From a virus (Duplodnaviria > Heunggongvirae > Uroviricota > Caudoviricetes), in IMG/VR virus record IMGVR_UViG_2913167280_000007, positions 1-5,947 of that record: a DNA stretch of 5,947 nucleotides; one strand, given 5' to 3'. The notes under the pieces were generated by a model that was not told where the DNA came from, did no database searches, and saw only the letters and a program-made list of their open reading frames with translations. Shown here in pieces: positions 5,408-5,947 of the stretch; the first letter of the stretch is position 1; each line of letters opens with the position of its first letter. Both the position numbers and the translations under genes were made by a program.

Positions 5408-5947
5408 TTAATTAAACCAACTGTCCGATTTATTCTCTTCTGCTTTACCCACGCTTTTCATCAAATCGCGACCACCTTCTGTCACATTCCTGTTAGCGTC
5501 AGCTTCAGATTGCACGACATCAGTTTGCGCGGCTTTGTGCTTCAGCTCCTGATCGATAAATTCGTTCTCGCGCTTAACGCGGGCTTCTTCTTTCGCCAGC
5601 GCCAGTTTTTGTTTCTGAATCTCTAAGCTGCGCAGCTCATCTTCATAACTTTGATCGCGTTTTTTATCCGCAGTGGCTTCGGCGTCCAGTTTATCCTGGC
5701 GAGCTTTCTTATCCGCTGCTGCTGCCGCCGCTCTTTTATTGGCGGCGGCCTGAGCGTTTGCGCGACGCTGTTTCTCTTGTTGAATTTCCCTGTTGCGCTC
5801 CGCGACCCATTCGTCATGCTGCCTTTGCTCTTCATTTTTACCTTGCTGTTCCGCTTCTGCGACAGCCGAGAGTTGATCCTGCAATGATGAGGCGGCAGCC
5901 GGATAGCTTAAGGAGGCTAAGATGGCGCAAAGAAAAACTTTCTTCAT
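5408..5947 (-). CDS. Secreted (Sec signal peptide) highly charged coiled-coil protein of unknown function; candidate moron at the lambda bor position
   Basis: 179 aa. N-terminal MKKVFLCAILASLSYPAAASS looks like a signal peptide with an A-x-A type cleavage site. The remainder is E/K/R/Q/A-rich, predicted helical or coiled coil, and includes a poly-Ala tract (RAAAAAADKK). The start ATG is at the very window edge (5945-5947). It converges on the lysis operon. No family was recognised. Confidence 0.6.
   Translation of the reverse strand: MKKVFLCAILASLSYPAAASSLQDQLSAVAEAEQQGKNEEQRQHDEWVAERNREIQQEKQRRANAQAAANKRAAAAAADKKARQDKLDAEATADKKRDQSYEDELRSLEIQKQKLALAKEEARVKRENEFIDQELKHKAAQTDVVQSEADANRNVTEGGRDLMKSVGKAEENKSDSWFN

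Noticed and set aside
5623-5887. Short ORFs inside the secreted-protein gene (5623..5835 -, 5651..5887 +)
   Set aside because: Embedded in a longer ORF that has a clear signal peptide. These are probably frame artefacts of the repetitive, charged coding sequence.
1-5947. CRISPR arrays, tRNA/rRNA genes, transposase or IS elements, integrase or att sites
   Set aside because: No regularly spaced direct repeats, no tRNA-like cloverleaf candidates and no transposase- or integrase-like ORFs were seen. The only mobility is inferred, from the compositional mosaicism of the phage region.

Overview
This window reads as the late-region end of a temperate enterobacterial phage or prophage, organised like the epsilon15/phiV10/SPN1S group (inference from gene content and order; no search was run). 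It holds: (1) the 3' ~2 kb of a large AT-rich structural gene (frame open from base 1 to the stop at 2071-2073) whose product looks like a tailspike or tail-fibre receptor-binding domain; (2) a strong bidirectional rho-independent terminator (2074-2103); (3) a very AT-rich reverse-strand gene for an acyltransferase-family-3 membrane protein (2102-3247), probably an O-antigen acetyltransferase serotype-conversion moron; (4) a GC-rich forward lysis cassette with translationally overlapping genes: two small membrane proteins (holin-like, 3393-3797 and 3784-4071), a GH19 chitinase-like endolysin (4061-4687), and an Rz-like i-spanin (4684-5184) with an Rz1-like o-spanin lipoprotein embedded in the +1 frame (4922-5158); (5) a hairpin-rich intergenic region with a terminator (~5301-5330); (6) a reverse-strand gene for a secreted, highly charged coiled-coil protein of unknown function (5408-5947) in the position lambda uses for bor. 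No tRNA, rRNA, CRISPR array or transposase was seen. The points most worth follow-up are the mosaic receptor-recognition and surface-modification module (tailspike plus acyltransferase), the atypical two-membrane-protein holin region with a strongly ribosome-bound 12-codon upstream ORF, and the uncharacterised secreted moron. All family assignments come from reading motifs by eye and from memory of family signatures, not from a database search.
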